A stretch of DNA of 64,000 nucleotides from Candidatus Altimarinota bacterium (GCA_046314355.1 JBKBWQ010000001.1:1555056-1619055); one strand, 5' to 3'. Shown: positions 25,901-32,918, counted from the stretch's first letter. Notes: generated by a model not told the origin, from the sequence alone. A program made the numbers and translations.

Positions 25901-28900
25901 AGCGACTGATTTTGACAGCGGAGCTGGCGGTACAAGTATGACAAATACAACGCGGGGTACTCAGTCGCCATCTCTTACTGCGTCAGGATTTACACCTAAT
26001 CTTGAGACTACTTACTACTGGAGAATAAAATTTTGGGATGATCAGAATACGGAAGGTACCTTCTCAAGCACTGCTTCATTCTATGTTCATGAAACAACTC
26101 CTCCGGCTCTTGCTTCATCCACACCAGCAAATAATACAACAAATGTAAATCCGACTACGAATGTTGTGTTAGCCTTTACGGATGCAATTTCCGGGGTAAA
26201 TGCTTCAGATGTAAATGTGGTTATAGGTGGTCAAGATGCAATTCTAAACGGAACATGTCAAAGCGGCTATAGCTGTTCTTCAAACGTTATTACAAACGGA
26301 ATTGAAGTAGCTGTGAATCCTGATGTGGATCTTACATTGAGTACAACATATACAGTAAACTATTCAGTATCCGATCTCGCAGATATCCCAAATACATTAT
26401 CAGGGTCTTTCAACTTTGCAGTACAAGCAGGTCCTTCTTCTCCTACAAATCTTTTAGCAAACGGAGAGACAAATCCGACAGCTCTCAATACAACTGACAT
26501 AGTATTCTCTGCTGTTCATAATGATCCGTCAGCAGTAGACGCTACTAAATATAGAATACAAATTTCTACTGATAGTAATTTTGGAACGATATTCTATGAT
26601 AATGGAGCCGGTGGTACTTCATTTAGTATTCCTGTAGAAGATGGAGAAAGGTCAGAGGATATTTCTACGCCAGCAAATTTTGCAGACAATACCACTTATT
26701 ATTGGAGAATTCAGTTTTGGAATAATGCAGGACCAGGAGAATTCTCTCCTTCAAATACCGGAAGCGCAAGTTTTAGCATTCATCTCAATAGTGCGCCGAC
26801 AGCCCCGACTAATTTATTTAGTAATACAGCATCAGAAGGTGCTCAGACAGGAATCACAAATCCTACTCTTGATAACAGTAATCTTGTCTTCTCAGCGATC
26901 TATAATGATCCTGATGTCACAGACACTGCAAATAAGTACCAGCTTCAGATTTCTACAGATAATACTTTTGCCTCCACAGATTATGACAGCGGTACTGAGG
27001 TCTCTATTGCAGATATTGCTGAGGGAACAAGAAGCAGCGATATTACTCATGGATCATTTACTCCTGCAGATGATACTACATATTATTGGAGGATTAAGTT
27101 CTGGGATGATGAGAATACAGAAGGTACATTCTCAAGTGCAGCAATTTTTACTATGAATATTAATGATGCTCCGGATGCACCTACTGATCTGTTTAGTAAT
27201 ACTGCCTCCAATGGTGCTCAGACTGGAGAGACAAACCCGACGGTGGACACTGAAGATATTGTTTTCTCAGCCGTATACACGGATCTTGATACAAGCGATG
27301 CTGCTGTAAAATATCAGCTTCAGATTGCTTCTGATGCAGCCTTTACAAGTGTCAGCTATGATTCAGGGGAGACAACTCTTGGCTCTTCCATAGCAATTGG
27401 TGCGAGAAGTGAAGACATCCAGGCAACTGGATTCAGTCCTTTAGATAATACAACATATTATTATCGAATAAAGTTCTGGGATACGGCAGATACAGAGGGA
27501 GCTTTCTCAGCTGCTGCTACATTTACTACAAATATAAATGACGCACCTGCAGCTCCTACAAATCTCTTTGCAAATGACCAGACGGATGGTGCGCAGACAG
27601 GTCTCACAAACCCTACAAACCTTGAGACTACTTCTCCTGTATTCTCTGCCGTATACAATGATTCAGATGCAGGAGATACTGCAAACAAATACCAGCTTCA
27701 GATATCTACAGACGGTACTTTTGCAACTACAGACTACGATAGCGGCAACACAGGAACTACGATTGTAAATATCACAGAAGGAAACAGGTCTACTGATCTT
27801 ACTCCAAGCGGCTTTACACCGCTCCGAGATACAACATATTACTATCGAATAAAATTCTGGGATGCTTCTGGTGAAGAAGGTGTATTCTCTGCAAATGCAA
27901 CTTTCCGTATTCCGACTATTATTATACCGGATACGACACCTCCTGTACTGGCACTTATTTCTCCTACTAACGGTCAAATAAATGTAAACGTAGGAACCAG
28001 TCTTACTTTTGATGTTACAGATATAGAGTCAGGGATAAAAGATATCAAAATAAACTCAAGCTCTGCAGTCACTAACGGTATTTGTCAGGCAGGGTATACG
28101 TGTGATGTTGTACCAAATGGATACCATATTATTTTCTACCCAGCCCAGCCATACTCCTATGCCTCTACTGTGACCATTCAGATAACCGCTGCAGATAATG
28201 CTGCAAATACTCTGAATACTTCATACAGCTTTACGACACAAAAAGAGCCAATATATTCAGGACCAGGAGGAGGATATAATCCTCCAGCTGCAAATACGAA
28301 TACAAATACTCACGGAGCTCCAACTACGCCTGATACTCAGACAAATACGAATGCAAACGCTCATGTTCCTGGAGCTATGGATAATGAGTTCAAAACTCCA
28401 AGCATCAACCAATCTTTTGAACTTCGCTTAAATGAACGCATGAATATTCTTCTGGATACTATGGAGAAAAAAGAAGATATTCTGCATGATCTTCTCACCA
28501 CTGATCCTGATGGTTTTGTTATGAGAGGTTTCCTTGCAAAGATCCTCATGCAGAGCAGATGCGCAGACAGCTGCGGCGCACTGCCACTTGTACCTCCATT
28601 CCCTGATGTGCCCTTAACCCATGCTAATGTGATCTATATCCATGTAGGCAAAGTGGCAGGAGTAATTACGGGATACTTGATGGATGGATACTTTAGACCG
28701 GATCGCCTCATTACGAGAGCGGAAGCATTGAAAATGATTATAAGATTCTATATTGCAAATCCTCCGCTAGATCCTGCTCTTCCAGTGCCGTTTGTAGACG
28801 TACATAAAGAGGATTGGTTTAACCTCTATGTGTCTCTCGGCTTAAAGTATGGGATGCTGAATGCTTCTGAAAGCGGTTTCTATTATCCAAATGAATACAT

Positions 28901-28958
28901 TACCCGTAAAGAAATCGCTCAGATGATGGCAAAAGCTCTCGATGCCATCAGTAACTAA
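10959..28958 (+). CDS. Giant 5999-aa cell-surface protein: 5 Cys-rich propeller-like units, 21 Fn3-like modules, 5 LamG-like domains, 2 Ig-like domains, C-terminal SLH
   Basis: Signal peptide; RIAYYD...DLK..QC...C repeats; KYQLQI.TD..F...YDSG...YYWRIKFWD modules (21 counted by eye); F.FDGVNDY...IDDVR.YNRAL LamG signature x5; FRPDRLITRAEA and PNEYITRKE SLH motifs. Confidence 0.9.
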   Translation: MLLSSYKKNKFGLLTSIFLPFILLVAYTLVMLPKADATTISTVVTSATDVGFYSATKVGTDGFARIAYYDTTDGDLKYIQCTNADCSTKNTATLDTTGDVGSSMDMIIAPNGKAMISYRDATNGKVKFANCNDDACSAPTINTIASSAQVVYTEKISLTLDFDERPRMLYRNSGNSIRQIRCTDVNCAGSVETQVTSSAAFPTIRMGLDGLPRFFFFSTSVGKPYYGVCFNADCNSNTINPTDTGSNTGYFTTFEIGTDGFGRLVYYDQTNGDLRFVQCTNYICTAFTGTNLDSSGTVGATPSITIDENDLARITYYAGAPTNDLKYIQCLNATCSSRTTTVLDTGGDVGTNSFVTLGLDGFPRITYYDTTNTDLKFIQCTSMACDSTFEPSNLYANTSNLGAQNGDTLPNTLKNTNVVFSAVHHDEQGDSADKYELQIATDTAFSALVYDSGGAGTGMSTTLADARSPDITPTGFTPEEGITYYWRIKFWDINNNEGSFPTTYSRFRVQQTPRVTTVDNSKDVGIFNITRVGSDGFARIAYYDYSNKDLKYTQCTNADCTTKNTVVLDSTGDVGSDTGMTIDTNGNAVIAYRDATNDRVKLLRCNDAACSSPTITTITGSTLVGGYRIDVALGLDDLPRMIYARSDSYLFHIRCTNASCSTNVVSQVSGISRVAFPSLAIANDGNSRIAYYNIDVSGRPYYAQCSNINCSSATQVEIEAINYSGYYISLAIGTDGFARLAYYDATSEDVRFSRCTNASCSTKTSVIVDGTGTMGTQTSMVLDRNDFARIAYMSDTPNFDLKYAQCLDMTCTTKTTNLLDTQNAVGYATSITLGLDEFPRISYYDYTNHDVKFAQCTSMACDGTYEPSNLFANTSDLGAQSGEYLPNTLKNTNVVFSAIHHDHEGDSANKYQLQIATDTLFSSLVYDSGASGTTMTTTAVNSRSPDLSPTGFTPTSGTTYYFRIKFWDTNDTVGPYPTVYSRFKVQQATTISRVDTANDVGIYSAVKVAPDGFARIAYYDSFNQDLKYTQCTNTDCTTKNTRILDSTGDVGAFPGITIDPSGNAVIAYKDATSDRVKIAHCNDAACSTPTLTTIASSSSIGSYKIDVVLGLDNLPRILYVRSDANMFHIRCTNVSCSTNVVSQVSGISRGVFARLAMGLDGNSKIAFYNIDTSGRPYYAQCHNINCSSASQAEVEAANGYGYYMNIAIGTDGLGRLAYQDAVNEDLKFVRCTNASCSTKTITSVDTVGSVGSYISMLLDRNDFARIAYMSDTPNFDLKYAQCLDMTCATKTMNLLDTQDAVGYTTDMALGVDEFPRITYYDYTNHDLKFAQCTSMACDGTYEPSNLLVNTSDLGAQNGDVLPNTLKNTSVVFSAIHHDHEGESANKYQLQVATDTAFTAVVYDSGASGTSMTTTAVNVRSPDFTPTGFTPTPGTTYYWRIKFWDTSDTAGPYPTTYSRFRVQQTPTISSVDTANDVGIYSTTKVASDGFARIAYYDSFNQDLKYTQCTNADCSTKNTRTLDSTGDVGAYLDMVLDVSGNAYISYKDATNDRVKIARCNDAACSSPTLTTITGSSVVGFYKIPITLGLDELPRIVYSSSANNIYHIRCTNVTCSTSAHNGISGISQGVFASIATGLNGYTRIAYYNANVSGRLYYATCTSDACSSASQAEVETISSIYYPSLAIGSTDGFARIAYWDTASSDLRFIRCTNESCSTKSAVAADTTGTVGYYPSLVLDGNDFARIAYLTEVPDFDLKYMQCLNTTCTTKTTNSVDTQDAVGYLPSLALGLDEFPRISYYDYTNHDLKFAQCTSMACNNTYEPSNLLVNTSDLGAQSGDTLPNTLKNTSVVFSGIHHDHEGDSADKYRLQIATDTAFSSIVYESGATGTAMTTTSVNARSPDFTPTGFTPTPGITYYWRLKFWDTTNEEGLFTSAYSRFRVQRIPTISTVESLKDTGFASSVKVGSDGFARMAYYDSYNKDLKYSRCTNADCTTKNTVTLDGTGDVGAYLDMLLDQNGYAQISYRDATNGRVKFAKCYDSDCSNTTPPTITSIPSATSVSEYMITIGLGTDNLPRMVYRRDDLQIVHIRCTIATCATATVNTSGLSQGAFPVMRVGTDNLTRIAYYNHNIGGRVYYAVCNNVDCTSASNTQVETIGTSYYNSLALDSSNIARIAYWDPNSNDLRFVQCTNSTCSANVATAVDTVGNVGAMTNMTLGSDGFARIAYLSDTPNFDLKYMQCTTISCSTSQVTSLVDTQGVVGFYPSIAMGLDDFARISYYDYSTHDLKFAQCGNFACDSTFVPDAPTVLYINTPENTAQTGLASPANFTSPNPPVYSAIYNAGQSGEAANKYRLEISTSNANESAFISGIVYDSGAAGTSMTNTADGARSPDLTATGFTPTANTTYYFRVRFYTTSGTIGVKSTAAQYNIIANVPPTPPTIPYANTAANGAQSGLTNPLSLNSTSLVFSAIHNDPEGDAANKYQLQISTDSTFATTAYDSGASGTSMTSTANGARSPDITPTGFTPSVATNYFWRIKFWDTAGAAGAYTTGTHSFFLPGYCAPSPSDMVSWWKAEGNAADSSDGNSGTLMNGTTFGPGKIGQGFSFDGVNDYITIPDAANQTPSTNLPPLNSKITLSAWVNPSTLSGHRSIITKYSSNISQSSWYLEIADGGGLSFGVYQDSSTYRGVTTPAGTLTANTWQHVTGVFSSVDQSLTVYVNGVVQSVTVAGGTVTSIADSSAPVFIGAITPGSGVISDYWSGSIDDVRFFNRALTQTEVTNIYNEAAGTVCSANTPSTPTNLFSETSYTGAQSGQTNPTLNTISPAFSAIYTHPDDVSGNKYQLQLASDAGFNDLIYDSGSSGTNMPTVTSGARSTNLSVPITLADDTTYYWRVRFWDINEHISAYSAGSSFSTAANCILSPSDMISLWAAEGNANDSTTLNSGTLQNGATTAAGKIGQAFSLDGVNDYIHIPDDPSQTPASGKITLSAWVNPTALGSVQSIATKYTSNTSNISWYLAMTPTGKAYLATYSNGGSTSRGMTTTANVITAGTWTLVTAVYDTSNQTSAIYINGVSQPIDITGSNLTSLFDSTSPIRIGSVVTSGGNLNEFWNGKIDDVRLYNRALSAAEVSELYSSQTDGNCNHAPTAPTSLFSNTANNGAQSGLTNPTALDSEDVVFSAIHNDLDTDAANKYQLQISTNSTFTSTVYDSGAGGTTIPTIANNARSSNISIPGGTLAKGVTYYWRIKFWDTDGNAGDFSPSGTNASYFFIPGLCPLVPTDMVSWWKADGNTNDSISSNNGTLTNGATYGEGKIGNAFSFDGVDDYVSGTASNFAGINQFTMSAWVKVNAFNATQVPIRIGLAEGNGGRRLEIRTNGSVCSDYYLQGTICSSAGAMVADTWYHLSITQTATTQSVYKNGVLLISTPNTPSPIGSNDFYIGRRTNTGGVSYPVNGFVDDARVYNRAISATEVAALYNEGSGNTCNNIPAAPTAPYSSIAANGAQSGQTNPTNLTSNTLVFSAIHHDLDTDAANKYQLQISTDNTFATTNYDSGSTGINMASTADGARSPDVTTTNFTPVSGITYYWRIRFWDTVGDPGTYSVPATFTTAGYCVAPPSDMTAWWQGEGNADDTPGTNDGILTNGATYTLGKRGQAFQFDGVNDYVNLPAGGAVSSGDFTISHWIRASDFASAHVIYEQGTNGYIQTRVMPGGQFLASVDGTNLDSANTTLTANTWYLLSMTYQGSSMKLYVNDSLAGTYTRTANYLRDRAQIGSNTDVSGNPIAFFAGLIDDVRIYGRALTGGEITNLYNEGAGTPCNLAPAVASNLYSNTTTAGAQSGQTNPMNLATENLVFSAIHNDPDADAANKYQLQISTDNTFLSLVYDSGASGTSMTSTANGARSPDIAPTSFVPDRGTTYYWRIKFWDSHNVQGPFSPSGSSAASFKVVVNTGPSAPTNLYANIASIGTASGRTNPTDLTSTSIYFSAINNDLDGDNVNKYQLQISTDNTFASINYDSGAGGLALTSTADGARSPNIGTASFIPAVGTTYYWRVKFWDIYNNEGTFSPSGNDASYFFIPGTCPYIANDMVSYWSGNITTTDTVSANNGTLTNGATYAAGKVGPSFSFDGVNDYVTVPDSSSLKVGSGDFSISLWFKATSTGNHQALFSKEGSAPNFPHYGIRIDPNNKLSAFATDCGTGVCGYGTSRHGVTGNTTVTDNSWHHVVFVKNGAEQTLYLDNILDGSLSEGPWNTDSTAPLTIGSQQGLAGTFVDGRIDDIRFFNRALSAQETTDLYHSATGTLCNAHPSAPTTLYVNTASLGAQSGQTNPTDLGSTNLVFSAINNDRETGDVANKYRLQIATDNTFATPLFDNGVAGMSVLNIIAGNRSPDISPTGFVPENDTTYYWRIKFWDDTPSEGDFSAPATFGIAVNTAPTAPTNLFSNTGTAQAGLTNPTRLNSSSVFFSAIYNDADTGDTANKYQLQISTDNTFATTDYDSGTTGTNIADIVRGSRSANITATGFTPTAGITYYYRIKFWDTANEEGAFSASGSSAASFYVNTAPTAPTVLYTNTAAVGAQSGLTDPTTLDSASIVFSALHDDADLDTANKYQIQISTDNTFATTTYDSGAGGTAMATTANGVRSPDLIPSGFTPVSDTTYYWRVKFWDIHGLSGSYSPSGSSAASFKVHLNAAPTAPTTLFSNTIGAQTGQTNPTNLNSTDVVFSAVNNDPDGDNANKYELQISSNNSFSSLIYDSGSAGTAMTSTDDGARSPDITIPGGTILTAGTYYWRIKFWDTNGNIGAYSPSGSSAASFGITLNSAPSAPTNLFSNTPAATAQAGQTNPTNLDSSSIAFSAVYNDPNTGDIANKYQLQISTDNTFATTNFDSGNTGTPIADITQGNRSTDIVPAGFTASDNTTYYYRIKFWDDENAEGIFSSTAQFTTAINDAPTAPTNLLVNGAATSSNLTTTSLVFSAQNNDPDTGDIANKYQLQISTDNTFAATDFDSGAGGTSMTNTTRGTQSPSLTASGFTPNLETTYYWRIKFWDDQNTEGTFSSTASFYVHETTPPALASSTPANNTTNVNPTTNVVLAFTDAISGVNASDVNVVIGGQDAILNGTCQSGYSCSSNVITNGIEVAVNPDVDLTLSTTYTVNYSVSDLADIPNTLSGSFNFAVQAGPSSPTNLLANGETNPTALNTTDIVFSAVHNDPSAVDATKYRIQISTDSNFGTIFYDNGAGGTSFSIPVEDGERSEDISTPANFADNTTYYWRIQFWNNAGPGEFSPSNTGSASFSIHLNSAPTAPTNLFSNTASEGAQTGITNPTLDNSNLVFSAIYNDPDVTDTANKYQLQISTDNTFASTDYDSGTEVSIADIAEGTRSSDITHGSFTPADDTTYYWRIKFWDDENTEGTFSSAAIFTMNINDAPDAPTDLFSNTASNGAQTGETNPTVDTEDIVFSAVYTDLDTSDAAVKYQLQIASDAAFTSVSYDSGETTLGSSIAIGARSEDIQATGFSPLDNTTYYYRIKFWDTADTEGAFSAAATFTTNINDAPAAPTNLFANDQTDGAQTGLTNPTNLETTSPVFSAVYNDSDAGDTANKYQLQISTDGTFATTDYDSGNTGTTIVNITEGNRSTDLTPSGFTPLRDTTYYYRIKFWDASGEEGVFSANATFRIPTIIIPDTTPPVLALISPTNGQINVNVGTSLTFDVTDIESGIKDIKINSSSAVTNGICQAGYTCDVVPNGYHIIFYPAQPYSYASTVTIQITAADNAANTLNTSYSFTTQKEPIYSGPGGGYNPPAANTNTNTHGAPTTPDTQTNTNANAHVPGAMDNEFKTPSINQSFELRLNERMNILLDTMEKKEDILHDLLTTDPDGFVMRGFLAKILMQSRCADSCGALPLVPPFPDVPLTHANVIYIHVGKVAGVITGYLMDGYFRPDRLITRAEALKMIIRFYIANPPLDPALPVPFVDVHKEDWFNLYVSLGLKYGMLNASESGFYYPNEYITRKEIAQMMAKALDAISN
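12483..17850 (+). repeat. Intragenic tandem repeat, 1428-bp (476-codon) period
   Basis: Equivalent anchors at 12483, 13911, 15339 and 16767; near-identical tract 13302-13369 vs 14730-14797; end coordinate approximate. Confidence 0.85.
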
Positions 28959-28997
28959 TCCGAAAAACAGCACAGTAGCGTCATCCCGTTTGCTGCA

Positions 28998-29687
28998 TTA
29001 AAACCCCTCTTCCATATACTGCTTTTCACTAAAGGAAAGCTCATCCTTATCCAGCCATGAAAGAGCTTCAGGAATATTTTCAAAAATCGCGAGTTCTCTT
29101 ATTTCCTCTTTTGTGACCCACATATTTCTATTTGTCTCCGTACCCTCGGAAACCTCACCTTCAATATGCTGTGCCTCCATTATATAGAAGTATTTATCCT
29201 CAAGCAGATTTCCCTCCGTATCATAATCCATTTTATGCTGAATACCCAAGAGCCTAAAAGCAGCCCTGCATCCTGCATATTCTTCAAATACATGTTCAGC
29301 AGCTCTAAAGATAGTTTCTCCGCTCTGGACTTTACCGCCTATAAATCCTACTTTCCCTGCAAAAGGATCTTTTAATCTTCCTGTAAGTAGAAAATACCTT
29401 TTTCCTCCAGCTTCTCTTTGAGCTGTGATACGGACACTGATCTTTCCCTGCATAGGAATCTCTCTCGTTTTCAGATCAAAACGGTTTGCAAACTCTTTTC
29501 CTCTTGTGGAGAGCAGATAGATCCCATTTACTTTCTGGACATAGCCCCGGTTGATGAGACTATTTACATGAAACGTAAAAGAATCTGTAGGAATTTTATT
29601 CGTATTGAGTTCAGAAAAACGCGCAGTTTTTATCACAAGAAGTCGTGTGAGAATTGAGGCTTGTATTTTATGCGGCTGATCAGACAT
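28998..29687 (-). CDS. N-terminal winged-HTH plus degenerate Nudix domain protein
   Basis: ARFSEL...F.FH...L...GYV.K....Y.L...GKE (wHTH-like); Nudix box GGKVQSGE....AEHVFEE..G lacks the RE pair. Confidence 0.75.
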   Translation of the reverse strand: MSDQPHKIQASILTRLLVIKTARFSELNTNKIPTDSFTFHVNSLINRGYVQKVNGIYLLSTRGKEFANRFDLKTREIPMQGKISVRITAQREAGGKRYFLLTGRLKDPFAGKVGFIGGKVQSGETIFRAAEHVFEEYAGCRAAFRLLGIQHKMDYDTEGNLLEDKYFYIMEAQHIEGEVSEGTETNRNMWVTKEEIRELAIFENIPEALSWLDKDELSFSEKQYMEEGF

Positions 29688-29777
29688 GGTCGTGAATAGA
29701 ATCTTTTGATTTATTTAGTACTAAAACACATTCGAAGTCAAATGCAGGTAAAATATCATATGTTTTACGTATTTCAT

Positions 29778-30308
29778 TTATTTTTTAGACAGCATTTCCA
29801 GAGCAAGTGCTACTGCTTCTTTTGGGCTTGATGCTTCTCTTACTAAAGGCGCATCTTCGCCAAGCAGCGTACAGATTTGAAGAAGATTATCTGCACAAGC
29901 ACCTGATCCTTTCAGTACTATAAGAGGACGCTTCTCTCCGATTGCCATGCAGGCTTCACTTAAAGTTCCCGACTTTCCGTTAATGGTGATCACAGCATCC
30001 GCGCTTCTTATAAAAATAACATTACGACCCTTGTAGCCTGCACCAGTATAAACAATAGTATCCAAATACTCTGATACAGTTTCAAAGTGAGCATCATGTC
30101 TGCCGTCTGCAGGTGCTATACCCAAAGTATTTCCTCCTGCAGATTTTGCTCCCCGTACAGCGCTGACGCCTATTCCTCCGCAGGCGCCTGTTAGAGTTAT
30201 ATGCCCCTGTAATCCAATTTCTTTTCCTACCTCATAAGCTAATTGAAGTATCTCATCGGAAAGTTCTGCACTTGCAGCTCCGGAGATTGCTATTTGATAC
30301 TTGAGCAT
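29778..30308 (-). CDS. SLOG/LOG superfamily protein (TIGR00725-like)
   Basis: TGACGG, A..GAK.AGG.T.GI.P, TG.G..GRN, G.SGTLSE motifs. Confidence 0.85.
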   Translation of the reverse strand: MLKYQIAISGAASAELSDEILQLAYEVGKEIGLQGHITLTGACGGIGVSAVRGAKSAGGNTLGIAPADGRHDAHFETVSEYLDTIVYTGAGYKGRNVIFIRSADAVITINGKSGTLSEACMAIGEKRPLIVLKGSGACADNLLQICTLLGEDAPLVREASSPKEAVALALEMLSKK

Positions 30309-30468
30309 TTTTTTGTAATATAATGAATAAATACTTCAAAGATAGTATGTAGATAAAAAATGCAGAAAAATAGTGAAGTACAATTCACTAGAACCACATC
30401 TGCAATTTGGATAGTATAACTATCGAAGCTTCACTATTTATTTTTATTATACCCATGGAGGTACACTT

Positions 30469-30993
30469 ATGATGAAAAAGATTGCTCTTGATGTCCGGAC
30501 CGTATTATTGCTGCTCGATCCATCCAAAACAAAAATCCTTATTTTGAAGAGGAGTAACACAAAAAAACTGTTTCCTGAACTTATGACAGGTATCGGGGGA
30601 AAGGTAGAGGAAGGCGAGTATACAGATATTCTTGGTTCCATGATGAGAGAGTTCCAGGAAGAGACTTGTATCAATCCTCAAGATCTTGAGAGTATCAATC
30701 TTCGGTTGATCACATTAGATCAGAGAGGAGATAGTACACATCTCTTATACTGGACTACTGGAGTCCTAAAAAATCTTCCTGATGATTTATCATGTAACGA
30801 AGGAGAGCTGGAATGGCTGGATATTCAAAGATTATTGAAAGGGGAATTTGATCAGTATGGAAAAGGATTTATAGCCTCTGCGGAAGTATGTATTAAATAT
30901 ATACTGCAGTTAGATACTCATGATCAGCTTATTCATACGGCAGTAATGCATATGAATGAAGGGAAGCTTAAGCTATCTGCTGGCGCAGCATAA
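30469..30993 (+). CDS. Nudix hydrolase
   Basis: GIGGKVEEGE......MMREFQEET; CNEGELEW. Confidence 0.85.
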   Translation: MMKKIALDVRTVLLLLDPSKTKILILKRSNTKKLFPELMTGIGGKVEEGEYTDILGSMMREFQEETCINPQDLESINLRLITLDQRGDSTHLLYWTTGVLKNLPDDLSCNEGELEWLDIQRLLKGEFDQYGKGFIASAEVCIKYILQLDTHDQLIHTAVMHMNEGKLKLSAGAA

Positions 30994-31009
30994 TTCATTT
31001 ATCATGACT

Positions 31010-31043
31010 AAAAGAGATATCCTTAAAAGATATCTCTTTTTTT
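31010..31043. terminator. Bidirectional terminator between convergent genes
   Basis: AAAAGAGATATC-cttaaaa-GATATCTCTTTT. Confidence 0.75.
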
Positions 31044-31054
31044 ATTTATATTAT

Positions 31055-31795
31055 TTAAGAAGAGAGATAGAGCTCTTTAATAGCCGCAATACTTTTTTGC
31101 TTATCAAAAAACACATGAAGATTCATGGAAAAGTCATGAGATTTTTTTAGGGCAAGTCTCTCTTCAATCGTATAGGAATTCTGCTTGTCGTAGAACATCT
31201 CTCTCATACGGTCTTGCTGTACAAAGATAAAATCCTGAAATATTTCAATATCATCAAGCTGCTTTACACGCATCAGACTTCTTATTGCCATCTCAGAGAT
31301 ATCTTTATTGATATATGAAGCAGCAGGAAGGTTTTTGAGATCAATGAAGAGTGATTTAGTAAGATCGATTGATTCCTTTATGATATCCATGATCTTTAGA
31401 AAATTTACTTTATGCTTTCCAGGAGTTGTATGTTTCTCAACGCATGAGGCAAGATATGAAATTTTGTCAGAAGCTCTTTCAAGATGGCCACACTCCTCGA
31501 TATCAGATAAAATCTCTTTTAAAATAAGATACTTATCTATTTCGGTTTCTTTTTCTTTCTGCTCAGAACCCATGTCCGAGAAAAAGGCAGGTGCCCATAA
31601 ATTGCTAGGGGAAGGCTTACCACCTTTAAAATCTATAACTGAAGTACACTTTTTTCTAATTTTTTCCGCTTCTACCTCTGTTTAATGAAGGAAATCTTTT
31701 ATACTCGAAATACTTCCTTTGGATGTCTCCGTAGTCTCTACACTTTTTCCTTCGGTTTTAGTAGTGAAAACCTTAAACTCAATAATGTCGCCCAT
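31055..31795 (-). pseudogene. Hypothetical gene split by one in-frame TAA at 31682-31684
   Basis: ATG 31795 is in frame with ORF 31055..31573; only one stop in between; promoter upstream of 31795. Confidence 0.55.
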
Positions 31796-31819
31796 AGTTC
31801 AGTAAAAAATATTTGCTTT

Positions 31820-31847
31820 ATTTTAGTAAAAAGGCTTCAGGAGTCAA
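31820..31847 (-). promoter_or_regulatory. Promoter TTGACT-16-TAAAAT
   Basis: Near-consensus, 24 nt before ATG 31795. Confidence 0.55.
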
Positions 31848-31936
31848 TATAATATAATGATTCATATAACCAACTTTGAATGATGAATCTCCTGGAATCA
31901 CTTTATAGAATAATGCAGATTGTTTTAAAAGGTACT

Positions 31937-32902
31937 CTATAATTTTAGTTCTCCATGCGCTAATGACTCGAGTACTCTATTGTGACTTATAAATCTCTTC
32001 TCATTTTGCTCTTTTGCAAAGATTTCATGTTTTTCAAGGAGCATTAATAGAAAATATCCATGGATGAGAAGGAGGTTCTCAGTGGTTTTCAATATATTAT
32101 ATCCTTCCAGGAACGCATCGAATTCTTGGGGATCATAGATATAATGAGTATCATGAAGAAGTAATGAGTAGAGAAACCTTCCGGTATCTCCATATGATTT
32201 CCCGCGCATTGCAGTATCAAAATCAAGAATTCCTGTGATGTGACCTGAGGCGTCTACATGTACATTTTCGAGATGAAAATCGCCGTGCATCGCTACTATT
32301 GGCAAATGTGATGATGCCTTTAACTGCTGTTTAAAATTTGAGAGTATTGATGATGTATAGTCATAGATATCCTGAGATAAGTTGGCATGACTATATACCT
32401 CTACTTTATCAAGTCTCTCTTTTAACCAAAGATCCCAATCCTCTGATGTCTGTATAGGATAGGTCTTACGAAACCAAAAAGGCTGAATCGGAAGTGCATG
32501 AAGTTGGGATAAGCTCGATCCTATTGATCTAAATATAGCTTTTTTCCCCTCGTTATCTGTGTTTCTCAAGTATTCAAGTGCTGTCTCTCCTGGAATAAAC
32601 TCCAAAAGACTAAGCCCTGTATCTTCCCAAATGTCATGATAAAAAATCTTAGGTACAGGCAATTTGCACTCTTTTAAATAGTTGAGGATCTGAATAGACT
32701 TTTCAAAATTCTTTAATCCGCTTTGTCGTGCAATAACAATAAAAGGATGTGAAGAAAGATGAGCTTTGTAAATCTTGCTGTTAAGACCTGAGGTTACCTC
32801 TTCGACGGAAAGAATAGTAGCTTCTGGAAAAGTAAGAGAAATGCTCTCTGATACTTTATCTAAAAGTTTTTTGTCTGTAATATCAGGCAGCATCTTGAAC
32901 AA
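31937..32902 (-). CDS. Aminoglycoside phosphotransferase/choline kinase-like kinase
   Basis: G..S.IY, PVPKI, LEFIPGE, Brenner motif HGDFHLENV, GILDFD. Confidence 0.85.
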   Translation of the reverse strand: MFKMLPDITDKKLLDKVSESISLTFPEATILSVEEVTSGLNSKIYKAHLSSHPFIVIARQSGLKNFEKSIQILNYLKECKLPVPKIFYHDIWEDTGLSLLEFIPGETALEYLRNTDNEGKKAIFRSIGSSLSQLHALPIQPFWFRKTYPIQTSEDWDLWLKERLDKVEVYSHANLSQDIYDYTSSILSNFKQQLKASSHLPIVAMHGDFHLENVHVDASGHITGILDFDTAMRGKSYGDTGRFLYSLLLHDTHYIYDPQEFDAFLEGYNILKTTENLLLIHGYFLLMLLEKHEIFAKEQNEKRFISHNRVLESLAHGELKL

Positions 32903-32918
32903 TAGTATAAAATAAAAC

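Noticed and set aside
11065-28549. Many short ORFs inside or antisense to the giant gene
   Set aside because: They are shadows of a repetitive coding sequence, with no independent signals or motifs.
10959-28958. Genetic code 25 (UGA=Gly) as in Gracilibacteria/Absconditabacteria
   Set aside because: A Gly-rich 5999-codon ORF has no in-frame TGA, znuC ends in TGA, and the tRNA-Gly anticodon is TCC.
10959-28958. Gene length of exactly 18000 bp
   Set aside because: Numerical coincidence; start and stop contexts look natural.
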